From Mobula hypostoma (Eukaryota), in the NCBI RefSeq assembly GCF_963921235.1, contig NC_086108.1, positions 39,248,001 to 39,312,000 of the forward strand: a DNA stretch of 64,000 nucleotides, given 5' to 3'. The position numbers and the translations under genes are program-made. Positions within the stretch are counted from its first letter, which is position 1. Each line of letters opens with the position of its first letter. This document shows, piece by piece, positions 51,130 to 63,640 of the stretch. Under the pieces are notes generated by a model, which saw nothing but the letters and a program-made list of their open reading frames with translations, did not search any database and was not told the DNA's origin.

Positions 51130-51890
51130 ACCCCTTCTTCCTCAGCTTTCATGCCTCCATTTCCAGCTGCAGAATTAGTAAGCAATAGCTTTGCTTCCCC
51201 TCTCTCACCAGCATTCACAGGATCTGTTTCCTTGAAACACTTCGATTTATTTAATAGTCACAATTCAGTCCTCTTCTCCTACACATAACGACTGCCCATT
51301 CAATGATGAGGTGCAATACTTACCCTTTCAACTTCTTCCTTTACACTATCTGGAGAGACACAGTCCATGTGAAGCAACGATTTACTTGTGCCGTGTTTAC
51401 TGCTCACAGCTTTTTCAACAAAATGCAGCCTGTTTTGTGGAAAGCTCCTTCTCGTCCACAAGAATCTAATTCCCTGTTGTGCCAGTTCTCCATCTTTCCT
51501 TCACTCCCACATCTATCTGCAGCTTTCCACACTTTCCCAATGAGGCTCAGCTGTTGATCAGTCATATTGGACTTGACATCACTAATTACTGTGCTGACTT
51601 CCATTTACAACTTAACTAGACCCAAAGTTGTGCCAGTTCACTAGTCTTATCACTAACTGTTTCTGCAATGGTGCCCTCATCCAGCTTCATCATTTCATCT
51701 CCTCTACCTTTCATGTCATCACAAATCTGACCTTAAATCCTTTGCTATTGATCCTTCCTTCTATACATCGTTAAAACTATTTTTTATCCTTAACTTTGGT
51801 ACATGGTATCAATGTACACTAACCGTCCACAGATGCTACCTCACATGTTGAACACTGAAAGCTATTTCAGTCTTTATTTAGGTTTAGATT
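51130..51890 (+). mobile_element. Very old PLE fragment
   Basis: Remnants RCNTYPF..TI..VKQRFTC (compare KCYTCPY..TIQG..VRHHFTC) and terminal cacagatgctacc. Confidence 0.55.
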
Positions 51891-53219
51891 AAGTTAATGT
51901 CATAACCTGTATTCCTTCCTGATCCAACACAATCAATTTTCTATTTTGAGATTTTACTCTGCACAAACTGCCTGACCAATCTGGCTGCATGTTTATGATA
52001 ACCAGAAAAAAAACTCATTGCAAGGTGCCTTGGGTTGTTTGGAGACAAAAGAAAAGGTATCATACAAATGTAAATATCCTCCTTGCACCTGAATAGCCAT
52101 GAAATTAAAATGATATCCAAGATGTTGTTCCATATATTCACTGCTGTACTGAAGCATCAATCTAACTAGAACAAGCCCGGACATGGCACTTAAATGCAAA
52201 ACGGCCAAGTGCTTCTTGTCAGTGTCATGAGAGATTAGTTCAGAGGAAGCAGGGCGGAAGAATGAGTGATATCCATTTGAGGCATGCATTTTGGAAGAAA
52301 AGACAAGGAGCAATTAATGCTCTAGAAAGTGGAGGTAGATCAGTGATGAATGGCTAAGTACTCAGGTATGTCATAGAGCTCTTCGGCCAACTACATTCAT
52401 GTGAGTCTTGTGTTCCTTTACTGGTCAAAAATTACCAGGGCTAATGACCAGAATGAGAGAATATGATGGTTTAAATGGGATCATCAATTGCAGGGAGAGA
52501 ATTTGTTTGAATTGCAGAAAGAGCAGATAAATGGATAAGCAAACGTTACACAGTTGGGGATAGGAAACATTGTAATTGGCTTGATTTTCCAAGGCATTCA
52601 AACTGGAATTAACAGGGGGCGGGGGGGGGGGGAGGAAGCAGTGAATTGTTCAAGGGTGTGATTAAAAACAGCTTCATTTTGGGTAACGCCATGTCTTGTG
52701 ATCTAACAGGATCAAGAGGGTGTTCAAAATATGGATAGCGAGTTTAATGGAAAAGGTTAAGAGAAGATTTGACTGGGGAAATTAGAGGAAAGAATGCTTT
52801 AGGAGTTTGAACTTGAAATCACACAAAACATCCAGTGAACTGGGTTAGAGGGAATAAATTTTGTGATATATTAGTGGACAGTCAATGTTAAATTAGAGGT
52901 AAGGCAGACAGAACAATTCAAAGTGACAAAAGGAAGAATAAAGCGCCAGAACGAAGGGAGAACAGTTCAGGTATGGTTGGTGACAAGCCATCACAACAAC
53001 TTTGGTGAGAAAAAAAAAGTGGAAACTACAGGAAGAGAAACTTCAGGGAATGACCAGGATTTTTATCCACAGTTCTCCAGATTTCTATCCAGCCTGTGAC
53101 TTTGAGACAATTGGGCACAGTGGGTGACAAGTGTCACAGTCAATGGACATTCCATGAAGAGAATTGTGATAGCTGTTTTGTGATAACTGGCAGGACCGAG
53201 CAAGGTCCTCAGTCTGTGC

Positions 53220-53565
53220 ATTGAAATCAACAAAAAGATGCAGAAACACAATTGCTTTCCCATGCCCAGGATGTGCCCTCTTTTCATTATTACCCATCAA
53301 GGTGGTAGTATAGGAGCCTGAAGACACACACCCAACCTTTTAGGAACAGCTTCTTCCCCACTGCCATCAGATTTCCGAATGGCCTATGAGCACATGAACA
53401 CTAATGCACTATATTTTTTTTTCTATCTTTTTATACTACTTATTTAATTTTTAATGTAATTCTGACTGTAATTTATAGTTTGTAAATATATATTCCAATG
53501 TACTGCTACAGCAAAACAACATATTTCACAATAAATGCCAGTGATATTAAACCTGATTCTAATTC
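53220..53565 (+). mobile_element. Rex1/Babar LINE 3' fragment
   Basis: gccctcttttcattattacccatcaaggtggtagtataggagcctgaagacacac..; tail attaaacctgattct. Confidence 0.75.
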
Positions 53566-53822
53566 TTTCCAAAAATAAATTCCACTATCAGGCAACTGTA
53601 CAACACATACTGAATTAATTTTAGATTGTGAATCATTGTTAGTTTCAGAACAAGACTCACAATATCAATTCTTCTTTCGTTCAGCTAACATGGACTAACA
53701 ATTATGTCCAGCTGAAAGTTCATTTACTTGGTCTGATGCTCTGAAAGGAAACAAACTAACGGGTCAGAGTGAAGTTGGATAAGATGGTGTTGGTGAGATA
53801 CAGTTTACAAAACTTCTAAATA

Positions 53823-55419
53823 CAGGGGTCCTCCACTTTTCGAACGTTCACTTTACGAAACCTCACTGTTACAAAAGACCTACATTAGTTCCCTGTTTTC
53901 ACTAACAGGTGGTGTTTTCACTGTTACGAAAAAAATCAGCACACAATAAAAAATCAGCGCGCGTCCCGAGCAGCTGCTCTCCCCCGGATTCGGAGCGGCA
54001 TTCTCACCAGCATTGCTTAAACACATGTCTGTGAGCTGCCATTTGCAGGATGAGTTCTAAGGTATCGGAAAAGCCTAAAAGAGTTTGTAAGGGTGTTACA
54101 CATAGCGTAAAACTAGACATAATTAAGCGTTTTGATCGTGGTGAACGAAGCAAGGACAAAGTGAGTTTGCCTTGTGGAAGCTGACGAAGATGATGTTGAA
54201 GAGATTTTGGCATCCCATGACCAAGAACTGATAGATGAAGAGCTGATGCAATTGGAAGAGGAAAAGATAACAATCGAAACCGAATGCAGTAGCGAACTGA
54301 ACGTGAAGCAACTGCGTGAGATTTTCGCTGCAATGATAAAGTATGACTTTAATTTTGAAAGGGTATGTAGGTTTAAGGGATATTTGCAGGATGGTTTGAG
54401 TGCTTACAAAGAACTGTATGACAGAAAAATGCGCGAGGCTCAGTAGTCAAGCATACTGTCGTTTTTCAAGCCTTCCACATCAGCCACAGCAGACGACGAA
54501 CCTCGATCTTCGACATCGAGGCGGGCAGTCATAGGAGAAGATGAGCTGCCTGCCCTAATGGAAACAGACGACGATGAGATGACACCCCAGTGTCCCACCA
54601 CCCCAACCCCCAGGCCACAGACAGATACCGATCCGCAGAGAATGCAGCGGTAGGCGGGAGGCACACAGCACATCTTTAAGAAAACAGCTGAAATAAACAT
54701 GCTAATTAATTAGGTGCTGCCCAGCACGTAAATGTTGGCCCAGATCAGAGATGATTGCCGATTGCGTCGCCTCTGATCTGGGCCGACATTTACGTGCCGG
54801 GCGGCACCTAATTAATTAGCAAGTGTACCCTTGCAGGTTGCTGCCCGATACCCGGAGGGTGGGGGCCACTGCACCACCCAAACTCCGACGACTCAGTCTA
54901 ACACACCATCATCAGTGTGCTCGGCAAGCTGTCTTCCCGATTCCGGTAAGTGATACTACACTGTACATACATTATTTCTACTTTATATAGGCTGTGTATT
55001 TTTACGTGTTATTTGCTATGATTTGGCAGCTTCATAGCTTAAAGGTTACTGGAGAGAGTGTTTTTGCCAACAGCGCTTGCGTGAGATATTCTGCCGAGAG
55101 CGCTTGTGCCATGTTTTTGCTGACGGCGCTTGTGTGAGATTTTCACTACGGACAACAGTGCAGGCACTGATTGTGGAAAAGTATTTCTACTTTATATAGG
55201 CTGTGTATTCATCATATAATTCCTGCTTTTACTATATGTTACTGTTATTTTAGGTTTTATGTGTTATTTGACATGACTTGGTAGTTTATTTTTAGGTCTG
55301 TGAACGCTCACAAAATTTTCCCATATAAATAAATGGTAATTGCTTCTTCGTTTTACGACATTCCGGCGTACGAACCGTTTCATAGGAACGCTCTACCTTT
55401 GGATGGTGGGGGAAACCTG
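53823..55419 (+). mobile_element. Internally deleted Tigger (TcMar-pogo) transposon with TA TSD
   Basis: TA|caggggtcctccac ... gtgggggaaacctg|TA. HTH start MSSKVSEKPKRVCKGVTHSVKLDIIKRFDRGE at 54050 joined to the C-terminus EDDVEEILASHDQELIDEELMQLE..AYKELYDRK..SILSFFK; DDE domain missing. Confidence 0.9.
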
Positions 55420-55799
55420 TATACTTCTGAACCACTCTCACTGCAATCTGCAGCCTGTGATTTCTTTTTAAGCAATGTATTTTAAAATAGCCTTAATGAA
55501 CCAGCGATTTCACAATCTTCCAACGCATTCAGTGAACTTAACCCTCAGGAATACAGGTACAGCACCATTTCACCATGTCTGAAAGATAGGGAGGAGGGGA
55601 GACAGACAAAACCCTCCCCTACCCAGTATCTTGTAAACAAATGTACGGTCACCGGAGAACAAAACTGAAGACTTGAGGGAAAGATTGCTGTATCAGCAGG
55701 AAACTTACAGCTACTGTGATGAAGTGCTTTGTGAGGTTGGTAATGAAACAGATCAACTCCTGCATGAGGAATGACTTGGATCCGCTAACCAACAGGGTG

Positions 55800-56211
55800 T
55801 GACACTAGGGGCAACACCTTATATTCTGTCTGGGTAGCCTCCAAACTGACAGCAAAAATATTGATTTCTCTTTCCTGTTAAAAATAATTCTCTCTCCTTC
55901 CCCTCTTTTTCTATTCTGCACTGGCCTCTTACCTTTCCTCACCTGCCTGTCACCTCCCCTGGGTACCCTCTTCTGTTCCTTTCTCCTATGGTCCTCTCTC
56001 CTCTCCTATCAGGTTCCTTCTTCTGCATTCCTTTATTGTCCAACCCACCTGGGTTCACCGATCATCTTCTGGCCATCCTAATTCCCCTCCCCCCACCACC
56101 TTTTTACTCTGGGGTCTTCCCCCTCCCTTTTCAGTCCTGAAGAAGAGTCTAGGCCTAAAACGTCGACTGTTTATTCATTCCCACAGATGCTGAGCATTTT
56201 GTGTGTGTTGC
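55800..56211 (+). mobile_element. Old PLE 3' end with mutated hammerhead
   Basis: caacaccttatattctgtctgggtagcctccaa..; cagtcctgaagaagagtctaggcctaaaacgtcgactg (GAAA changed to AAAA). Confidence 0.8.
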
Positions 56212-57874
56212 ATTAACTGCAGCGTGCCTGACAACAGAGGAACCAGATACATTTCCCCATTCCTTATTGTAAGGACTTCTGAGTCCTTACATTGTTTTGT
56301 CAGCTGACCTCTCCAGCTGCACTTTTTTGCTTTCGAATTTAGTGTATGTACGAGTCAAACGCCAGAAAGCAAATTTACCTGCATTCACGATCACTTACAA
56401 ACCAATGCAGTCCCCAACAAACAGACAATAATTTTTATAACAGACAACTTTTTTTTAAATAAGTTCTCTGGCATTGCTTTGGAGTTTCCTATTTTCATCA
56501 GTAACTTTTTTTCCTTCAGTAGGCTTAGTTCCCGCTCGGTGGGGTGAAGTTCCAACACACTGACTGATCTTTCAGATTCACTAAGAACAATACTACAACG
56601 AGCGAGGGAATTAGTTTAAGCTCAAGTTAATAATGACACTCCCCACATAATTCTTTTGTAACAACCATGTTTCCTACTTTACTACTTCTGGGTCATGCCT
56701 TAATGTGTAAATGTGCCACTTGGTCATTTTGACTCGCATTTGCAACTATTAATCTGTACTTCGGAAAATTATAACAGTGTAAAGTTATAAGCAAAATCAC
56801 CAAGGCAATAGCTGAAGTAGTACCCAAAGAATGCAACTTTTCTCAAGAAAATCGGTTTTCATATTTTAGGGCAAATTAACTGCTAGTAAATTTGTGGCTG
56901 ACACAATTGTTGAATTGAAAGTCTATCACTCATCTGCTTTGAGGTGAGTGGGCTGAAAGTGACCACAAAGAGCTGTTATAGTTCATGTCCAGGTAGGTGG
57001 AGTTGACACTCTGACAATGGTGCTCTTATTCTATGAGCCCAGTTGTCAATCTAAGATCCTCTTTCCAAAAGAAAGAATTACCTTATACAAAACATATTCT
57101 TAGCTTGCATCTACCATAAAGAACTGAATTTTAAACTTAAATCAGCTTCCGCTCCTTTATTCATAAGCTATACAGTCATGCTCAGTAAAGGTTAAGTTAT
57201 TTTTTAATTAAAGATCAAACAAAGGGAAGTGGGTGGTGTGTTGGCCTTTCATTGTTTGGCCAGAATTGAAAATCAGGCCCACATAAACAAGATCTAAATC
57301 TCCTCAGTTTCCCAGCAGGCAAATTCAACAATTTAATGTCGGAAGATGACTGGCGCATGAAATGTGACAAAAATGAGGCACTTTCCTAAAAGAAATGTTG
57401 AGATTGAATGACTTTTTTAAATAGAGTAAAGCATGAAATTTATGCATATACAGCAGTATACAACAGGATGCTGTTAGAACATATGTCAATTACAATGATT
57501 TTCATCACTCCTCTTCACTTATAGACTATTTTGTAAATATTTGAACAATTTTATGATTGCTCCCAAAATCTTGTTTCACTATATTACCAATGGTAATAAA
57601 ATTCCTGAAATCAGAAGGGCTCCATGACAATTTTGAGGTTTCAACCAAAATTCAACAGAGAGATTCCTGAACTGGGGTAAGGAAAATTATTCCCTCAGGA
57701 TAGGCTAAACACACTGGTGACACAAGACACCACAGATGCTAGAATCTGAAGCACAAAAGCAAACTGCTGGAGTGACCCAGTGGGTCAGACAGTATCTTTC
57801 AGGGGTGGGGGTGTGAAAGGAATTGTTGAATTGTCAATGTTTCAGGTCAAAATGGAAAGGGAAGATGGACACTT

Positions 57875-58148
57875 TCATACTTAACTCATGGCCTCTGGTT
57901 GTCGTCACACCCAACCTCAGTGGAAAAACCCTGCTTGCATTTACCCTATCTATACCACTTATAATTTTGTAAACCTCTATCAAATCTCCTCTCAATCTTC
58001 TACATTCCAAGGAATAAAGTCCTAACCTATTCAATCTTTCCTAATAACTCAGGTTCTTCAGATCCAGGAACATCCTTGTAAATTTTCTCTGTACTCTTTC
58101 ATCCTTATTTACATCTTTCCTGCAGGTAAGTGATAAAAACTGCACACA
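57875..58148 (-). mobile_element. CR1 fragment
   Basis: LGLYSLECRRLRGDLIEVYKI..TTTRGH. Confidence 0.85.
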
Positions 58149-58282
58149 GATTTATAAAATTATGAGGGGCATCGATAGTATATATATCAGGGGTCTCCAA
58201 TCTTTTTTGCACCACGGACCGGTTTAATATTGACAATATTCTCGCGGACCAGCCGACTTGGGGGGAGGGAGTGGTGTTCAAG

Positions 58283-58946
58283 TAGGGTTAAACTCACCTC
58301 AACAGGCCTTTTATAGTTCCTTTTACAACTTTCTCACTCCCAAATAAGGGACAAAAGTAGCAGTCAAATCCTGACGAAGGGTCCCGGCCCGAAACGTCGA
58401 CTGTACCTCTTCCTATAGATGCTGTCTGGCCTGCTGCGTTCACCAGCACTTTTTGTGTGTGTTGACAAGACACATGTATTTACCCCGAGAAAGACTACCA
58501 TGACTATGAAGTCTTGCGCGGGCACACGTGTGCGCATGCGTGATGTGCGCACATGTGACGCGCGCATGCGCGTACGTGCCGATTTTTTTCCCCACAAATC
58601 GGTTTTGGCTTAACCTTCCTAACTACACTGTACATACATTATTTCTACTTTATATAGGCTGTGTATTTATCATATCATTCATGCTTTTACTATATGTTAG
58701 TGTTATTTTAGGTTTTATGTGTTATTTGGTATGATTTGGTAGGTTTTTTTTGGGTCTGGGTACGCTGAAAATTTTTTCCCATATAAATTAATGGTAATTG
58801 CTTCTTCACTTTTTCGCCATTTCGGCACGAAAGGTTTCATAGGAATGCTCTACCTTAACGGGAGAAATACGAGACAAGTATGGGACAAATCAATTTAGCC
58901 CAATATACGGGATGTCCCGGCTGATATGGGACAGTTGGCAACCCTA
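58283..58946. mobile_element. Inner hAT-type element (TAGGGTT..AACCCTA) with 8-bp TSD
   Basis: TSD tgttcaag at 58275-58282 and 58947-58954; right end gggacagttggcaacccta; repeated gggaca subterminal motifs. Confidence 0.75.
58369..58463 (+). mobile_element. PLE terminal fragment with intact hammerhead core
   Basis: tcctgacgaagggtcccggcccgaaacgtcgactg..gtgtgtgttg. Confidence 0.85.
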
Positions 58947-60183
58947 TGTTCAAGTTCAACAGCGCGTGACAGGGAATGAGGAAAGGTGCAGCTGACTCAT
59001 GTTGTTTCTTCGCGGCCCGGTAGCACATGCTCTGCGACCCAGTGGTTGGGGACCGCTGGTATATATAGTCAATTTTGTTTTCCCCATGGGAGGGTGTCCA
59101 GAAGAGTTTACGGTGAGCGGGAATAAATTTAAAGCAGACCCAAGGAATAAGCTTTCTTTTCAATGCATGGTTGTCATCTGGAGTGATCTGCCAGAATTGG
59201 TGGAAGAGGCAGGCAAAATTAAAACGGTTCTTCAAAAGGAAAAGTGTAGAGGGATACAGGTCTAATGAGGCAAATAGAATTAGCATTGACAGACATCATG
59301 GTTAGCACCGGCAAAGTGGGCTAACACAGCCCATTTCTGTGCAGAACAGTCTTTGCTGATGACTGCTTTTGCATTGCCAAAAGCTCAGCAACTTGCTTTT
59401 GTAAAACTTTCAGGTCCAAATGGTGACATTCTGTAATTTGTCTGAGCTTGTTATGAGAGTGAAAGTTTTGCTTCTCCCATAAGCATATGTTTACTGGCTA
59501 AGCTTATCTGCAGTTTCTGAAGTACAATTTTTACCGACTGAAATGCTATTCCACAGATTTTCCGATCTCTTTCTTTGTCCGACATAGCTTGCTATAATAC
59601 ACTCCCTGCAGCTTCACTGTTTCCAGCCAGTTTTTCAACAATTTGCTATTTGAAGTTTGACACCAGTGCTCCTTGTTCTTTCAGGAATTTCACATTATTA
59701 TGTAACTGAGCTGACATCTCAGTCAGCTTTCCATGCGCCTTATTTAGTGTCCTTTTTAAGCTATCTATTTTAAACATCCTTCAACTCCATTTCATTCTCA
59801 GTCTGGAATATTTTGTTTTCCCGTTAAAAGGCTATTCTGCTCAGTTTCCATGCCATGTCTATGAGCCATTTCCACTTCTAATCTGTCTAAAGGTTAGAAC
59901 AAATGACATAAGACAGTTCTAACCTTTTGACCATTCAATTTAATTTAACATTTTTCTTTTATTTTGAAGGCATTAATTTTCAAGCTTCACGCACAGTGCA
60001 GCAGTAGACTCGTCCCGACCTTACAGACAGATGCATATTTTTCACTTAGCATGTGCACCTCTTCCGATTGCTGATGTAAATGCTTTAGAGGGGGAGCATT
60101 CACCTCCTTTCTCATTCTCAGTTTCCAAAGTATTTCCACGTACGTTGTTGCAAATCTCACTCTCGCTATTCCTCCCTTGTAAC

Positions 60184-60863
60184 ACGGTGGAGAAACTCAG
60201 CAGGTCAGGCAGCATCCAAGGAAATGAAACAGCTTTCAACATATTGGGCCAGGACCATTCTTCAGGACTGGAAAGGAAGGGGGAAGGCGCCAGAATGAAA
60301 AGGCGGGGAGGAGAGGGGAAGGAGGATAGCTAGGTGATTGGTGAAGCCCAGTGGGTTGGAAAGATAAAAGGGTGGAGAAGAAGGAATCTGATAGGAGAGG
60401 AGAGTGGACCATAACTGCAAGGACCCAAGGAGAGGTGATAGGCAGGTGAGAAGAGATAAGAGGCCAGAGTGGGGAATAGAAGAAGAGGGGAGGAGGAGGG
60501 AATTTTTTTTTACCAGAAGGAGAAATCAATGTTCATGCAATCAGGTTGGAGGCCACCCAGACGGAATACAAGATGTTGGTCTTCCACCCAGAGGACGGCC
60601 TCACTCTTGGCACAAAAGGCAGCCATGTCGGAACAGGAATGGGAATGGGAATTAAAATGTTTGGCCACCAGGAAGTTCCACTTTTGGCGGATGGAGCAGA
60701 GGTCCTTGTCAAAGCAGTCCCCCAATTTACAACGTGTCTCACCAATGTAGATAGAGGAGTCACTGGGCACAATAGACGGCAACCCTATTAGCTTCAGAGG
60801 TGAAGCATTGACTCACCTGTAAGGACTGTATGGGGCCCTGAATGGAAGTTGGGGTGGGAGTGT
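60184..60863 (-). mobile_element. Old PLE 3' region with GIY-YIG remnant; possible 7-bp TSD
   Basis: YIGETRCKLGDCF..VAKHFNSHSHS..QHLVFRLGGLQPDCMNIDFS; ttgtaac at 60177-60183 and 60864-60870. Confidence 0.85.
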
Positions 60864-62121
60864 TTGTAACTGTTTTGGCACAAAAGGCTATTTGACATTC
60901 ATTCCCTGAAATAATTCTTCCATTTGCAGAACTTTATCTGCCTTACCAGATTCTTCAAATGTAATAATTATCCTAAAGAACTGAAAAGAATTATCTTTAA
61001 GAATACACGACCAATACACTGTGCCACGAACAGTCACAACGGGAAAATAGGATTTCAGGCCTTCTGAACCCACCTACGTCTTGGGTTTCTGCCCAAATAC
61101 ACATTTCCACCCACTTGACCAGAGGGCAATGAAACCATGACAAACCACTCATTAATTCATCCACCAGTTTGCACGCCACCTGTATTTTATCAAAATGGTT
61201 GCCACATATTTTACTAAACTCAAAGTGAATGCTCAGCAACTCCACTCAACCAGCAGCCAAATTAAACTATAGGTACTTAAACCAATTGTTGCCATAAATG
61301 TGGTATTTTTCCACTGAGTTCAGTAATGTATAACCCAGAAGAAAAACAAAACCGAAATAAGTGCTGAATTCCTGTATTCTGTCACAGGGACTACGAAATC
61401 TAAAATACTATGTTCTTATCTATTTCACCATGTCCTCTTGAGCTTTCTGACACATGGCCTTATCTTATTTTAATTCTGAGGATGTTTGACTGCAGCATCA
61501 CACTTTGGCAGATGTGCAAATTCACTCAGTCTTACTTTACAGCCAGCCTCAGATATTCATGCATCCTGTGTCCTGCATCCAGAGCATTGTAATTCTTTGT
61601 TTCATTCAGACTTGTGTGTCAGGCTGAGTATCACTGCCCTCCATTTCCTTGCGTAGACAAGAAGCATCCAGCAAACTATCCATGTCTAAGCAGGGAAATA
61701 CATGCAATGGTGGCAGCCTGTCTTCACATAAGGTATGCAACAACATGAAACAATCTCCTTAGGTGGTAAAAAGACCAACAAACTTAACAATGCACTTTCC
61801 CTTGGTGCTGACAGCCACTCACAGCATTAAATACCAATGAATATTAAAACTTTCAGGGGCAGGGGTTGCTGTTGAGACGTAATTAGAAGATTATGCAAGG
61901 ACAAGACAGAGGTGGAGTACTCACAGCAATGACTCACCTCCTGAACCTTCAAACTCCTTTTGTCAATTACAAAGCTTAAATTAAGAGCACAACTGAATAC
62001 GTCTTCCCATCCTATACTACGCATTAGCCTAGTTGATCCAAGACAAAACAGTAAGCAGGCAGCCCTACTACTGGATTTCATCTCTATCCTTCCTACCTGC
62101 AAGTGTTTACATAATCTGGAT

Positions 62122-62203
62122 CAGGGGTTCCCAACCTTTTTTTTATGCCATGGATCCCTACGCTTAACCGAGGAGTCTGTGGGCCCCAGGTTGTGAACCC
62201 CTG
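62122..62203. mobile_element. 82-bp hAT MITE (family of 6707-6786)
   Basis: TIRs caggggttcccaacc / ggttgtgaacccctg. Confidence 0.8.
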
Positions 62204-62687
62204 ATCAAGAAGATGGATCGGGGCTTCTCAATCATTTTGCATCACCAGTAGGCCCCAACCTCAATCAACAAAGACAGCAGCAAGAAGATGGAACAAGCAC
62301 TACTTCCAGAGAACACATACATCAGCATCAACCATGAACCCGAAAGTTGCCTCATCTTGAAGTCACAAGCTAATAGTAAGTGGGAACGAGGTCACCACAA
62401 ACACTGTGGAAGCTTTGTAAGCTGCCAGTTTGCTGAAGCAATTAAATTTGGGCAACTAATGCAGCATTCTTGGGATCAACAATGAAAACATCCCCAAAAA
62501 GCCCTCAGTCATGATAGGGTTAATACAAAGGAATTATATTCACAGTGAAGGTACAGCAGTTAAATTCCTACACTAGTACCTCATAGGCACAAATTGAAAA
62601 CCTACCAACCAGCTGCGGACCATAACTTCAGCTAGCGATAATCTGGGATTGTAAAATATATAAAAAGAATAAAAACAGTAATTTTTT

Positions 62688-62995
62688 AGGGTGGCACAAC
62701 TTGCCCTGCCTCACGGTGCAAGAAACCCAAGTTCAAACCTGACCTCAGAGATCGTTTATGTGGAGTTTACACAGTCTCCCTGTTCCCCGCAATAGCACAG
62801 GTTCCCCCATTCCCCCATCCCCATCCCAATTACAGGCAGGTTTGTAGGCTACTTGCCCACGGTAAATTGCTCCTAGTGTGTAAGTGAGTGGTAGAATCTG
62901 GGCGAGTCGAAGAGAATGGGATTAATGTCAGACTAGGGTAAAATGGGTGGCTATCGGATGGTGCAGATGCAATGTGCCAAAGGACCTGCTTCAAT
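62688..62995 (+). mobile_element. V-SINE (HE1-like), degenerate
   Basis: tRNA-like head with gttcaaacc, V-domain-like tgtggagtttacacagtctccctg, CR1-like tail. Confidence 0.6.
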
Positions 62996-63019
62996 GACTA
63001 ATGACTAATCTTGGTAATA

Positions 63020-63250
63020 GTGATGGTGAAATTACTGGGTTATTGTAAAAACCTCATCTAAATCATTGATGCCATGCTTTCTGACTGTAGCCTGCTAGAG
63101 ACACCACACCTACAGGAAGGTGTTTGACTCTGAACTTCTACAGGCTCAGGCAAGTCACTCAGTTGTATCATTACCAACTTCCTCCGCGGCACTGTGGGAG
63201 AGACTTCACCAGAAGTAGTTGCAGGTAATTAGGGACAGATATATCAAATG
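63020..63250 (+). mobile_element. Deu-SINE-like remnant
   Basis: ttgtaaaaacctcatct..ttgactct..gcaagtcactcagttg resembles the Deu domain. Confidence 0.45.
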
Positions 63251-63354
63251 TAGGAATGATAATTCAAATGAAAATGACAAAGACTCAACTCTGCTGTACC
63301 TTGACCTCCTAAAAACAAATCTTGGCAATCAAGAAGATCAACGGAAAGGCTACA

Positions 63355-63640
63355 TTCGGCACAGCAGTAGCGTAAAGGTTTGCACAATGCGACCGGGGTT
63401 CAATTCTCGCCATTCCCGCCACTGTTTGTAAGGAGTTTGTACGTTCTGCCCGTGACCACGTAGGTTTTCTCTGGGTGTTCCAGTTCCCTCCCACAGTGCA
63501 AGGATGTACTGATTGGTAGGTCAGTCATTATAAATTGTCCTGTGATCAGACTAAGGTTAAATCAGGCGTTGCTGGGCAGTGCAGCATGAAGTACCAGTAG
63601 GGTCTCTTCTGTGTTGTATCTCAAATTAAAAAATAACAAA
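63355..63640 (+). mobile_element. V-SINE (HE1-like)
   Basis: B box ggttcaattc, V domain tgtaaggagtttgtacgttctgcccgtgaccacgtaggttttctctgggtgttccagttccctcccaca, A-rich tail. Confidence 0.7.

Larger units (their letters stand above)
58188..59058. mobile_element. Composite hAT (Charlie-like) MITE
   Basis: TIRs caggggtctccaa / ttggggaccgctg; TSD gtatatat on both flanks (left extended by one AT unit). Confidence 0.85.
58150..59345 (+). mobile_element. CR1 3' fragment, host of the composite hAT MITE
   Basis: tttataaaattatgaggggcatcgatag (YKIMRGID), resuming after 59066 with ..ggagtgatctgccagaattggtggaagaggcagg. Confidence 0.65.

Noticed and set aside
57080..57385. Minus-strand acceptor followed by a ~55-codon open frame
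   Set aside because: No recognisable protein, and no donor before the stop.
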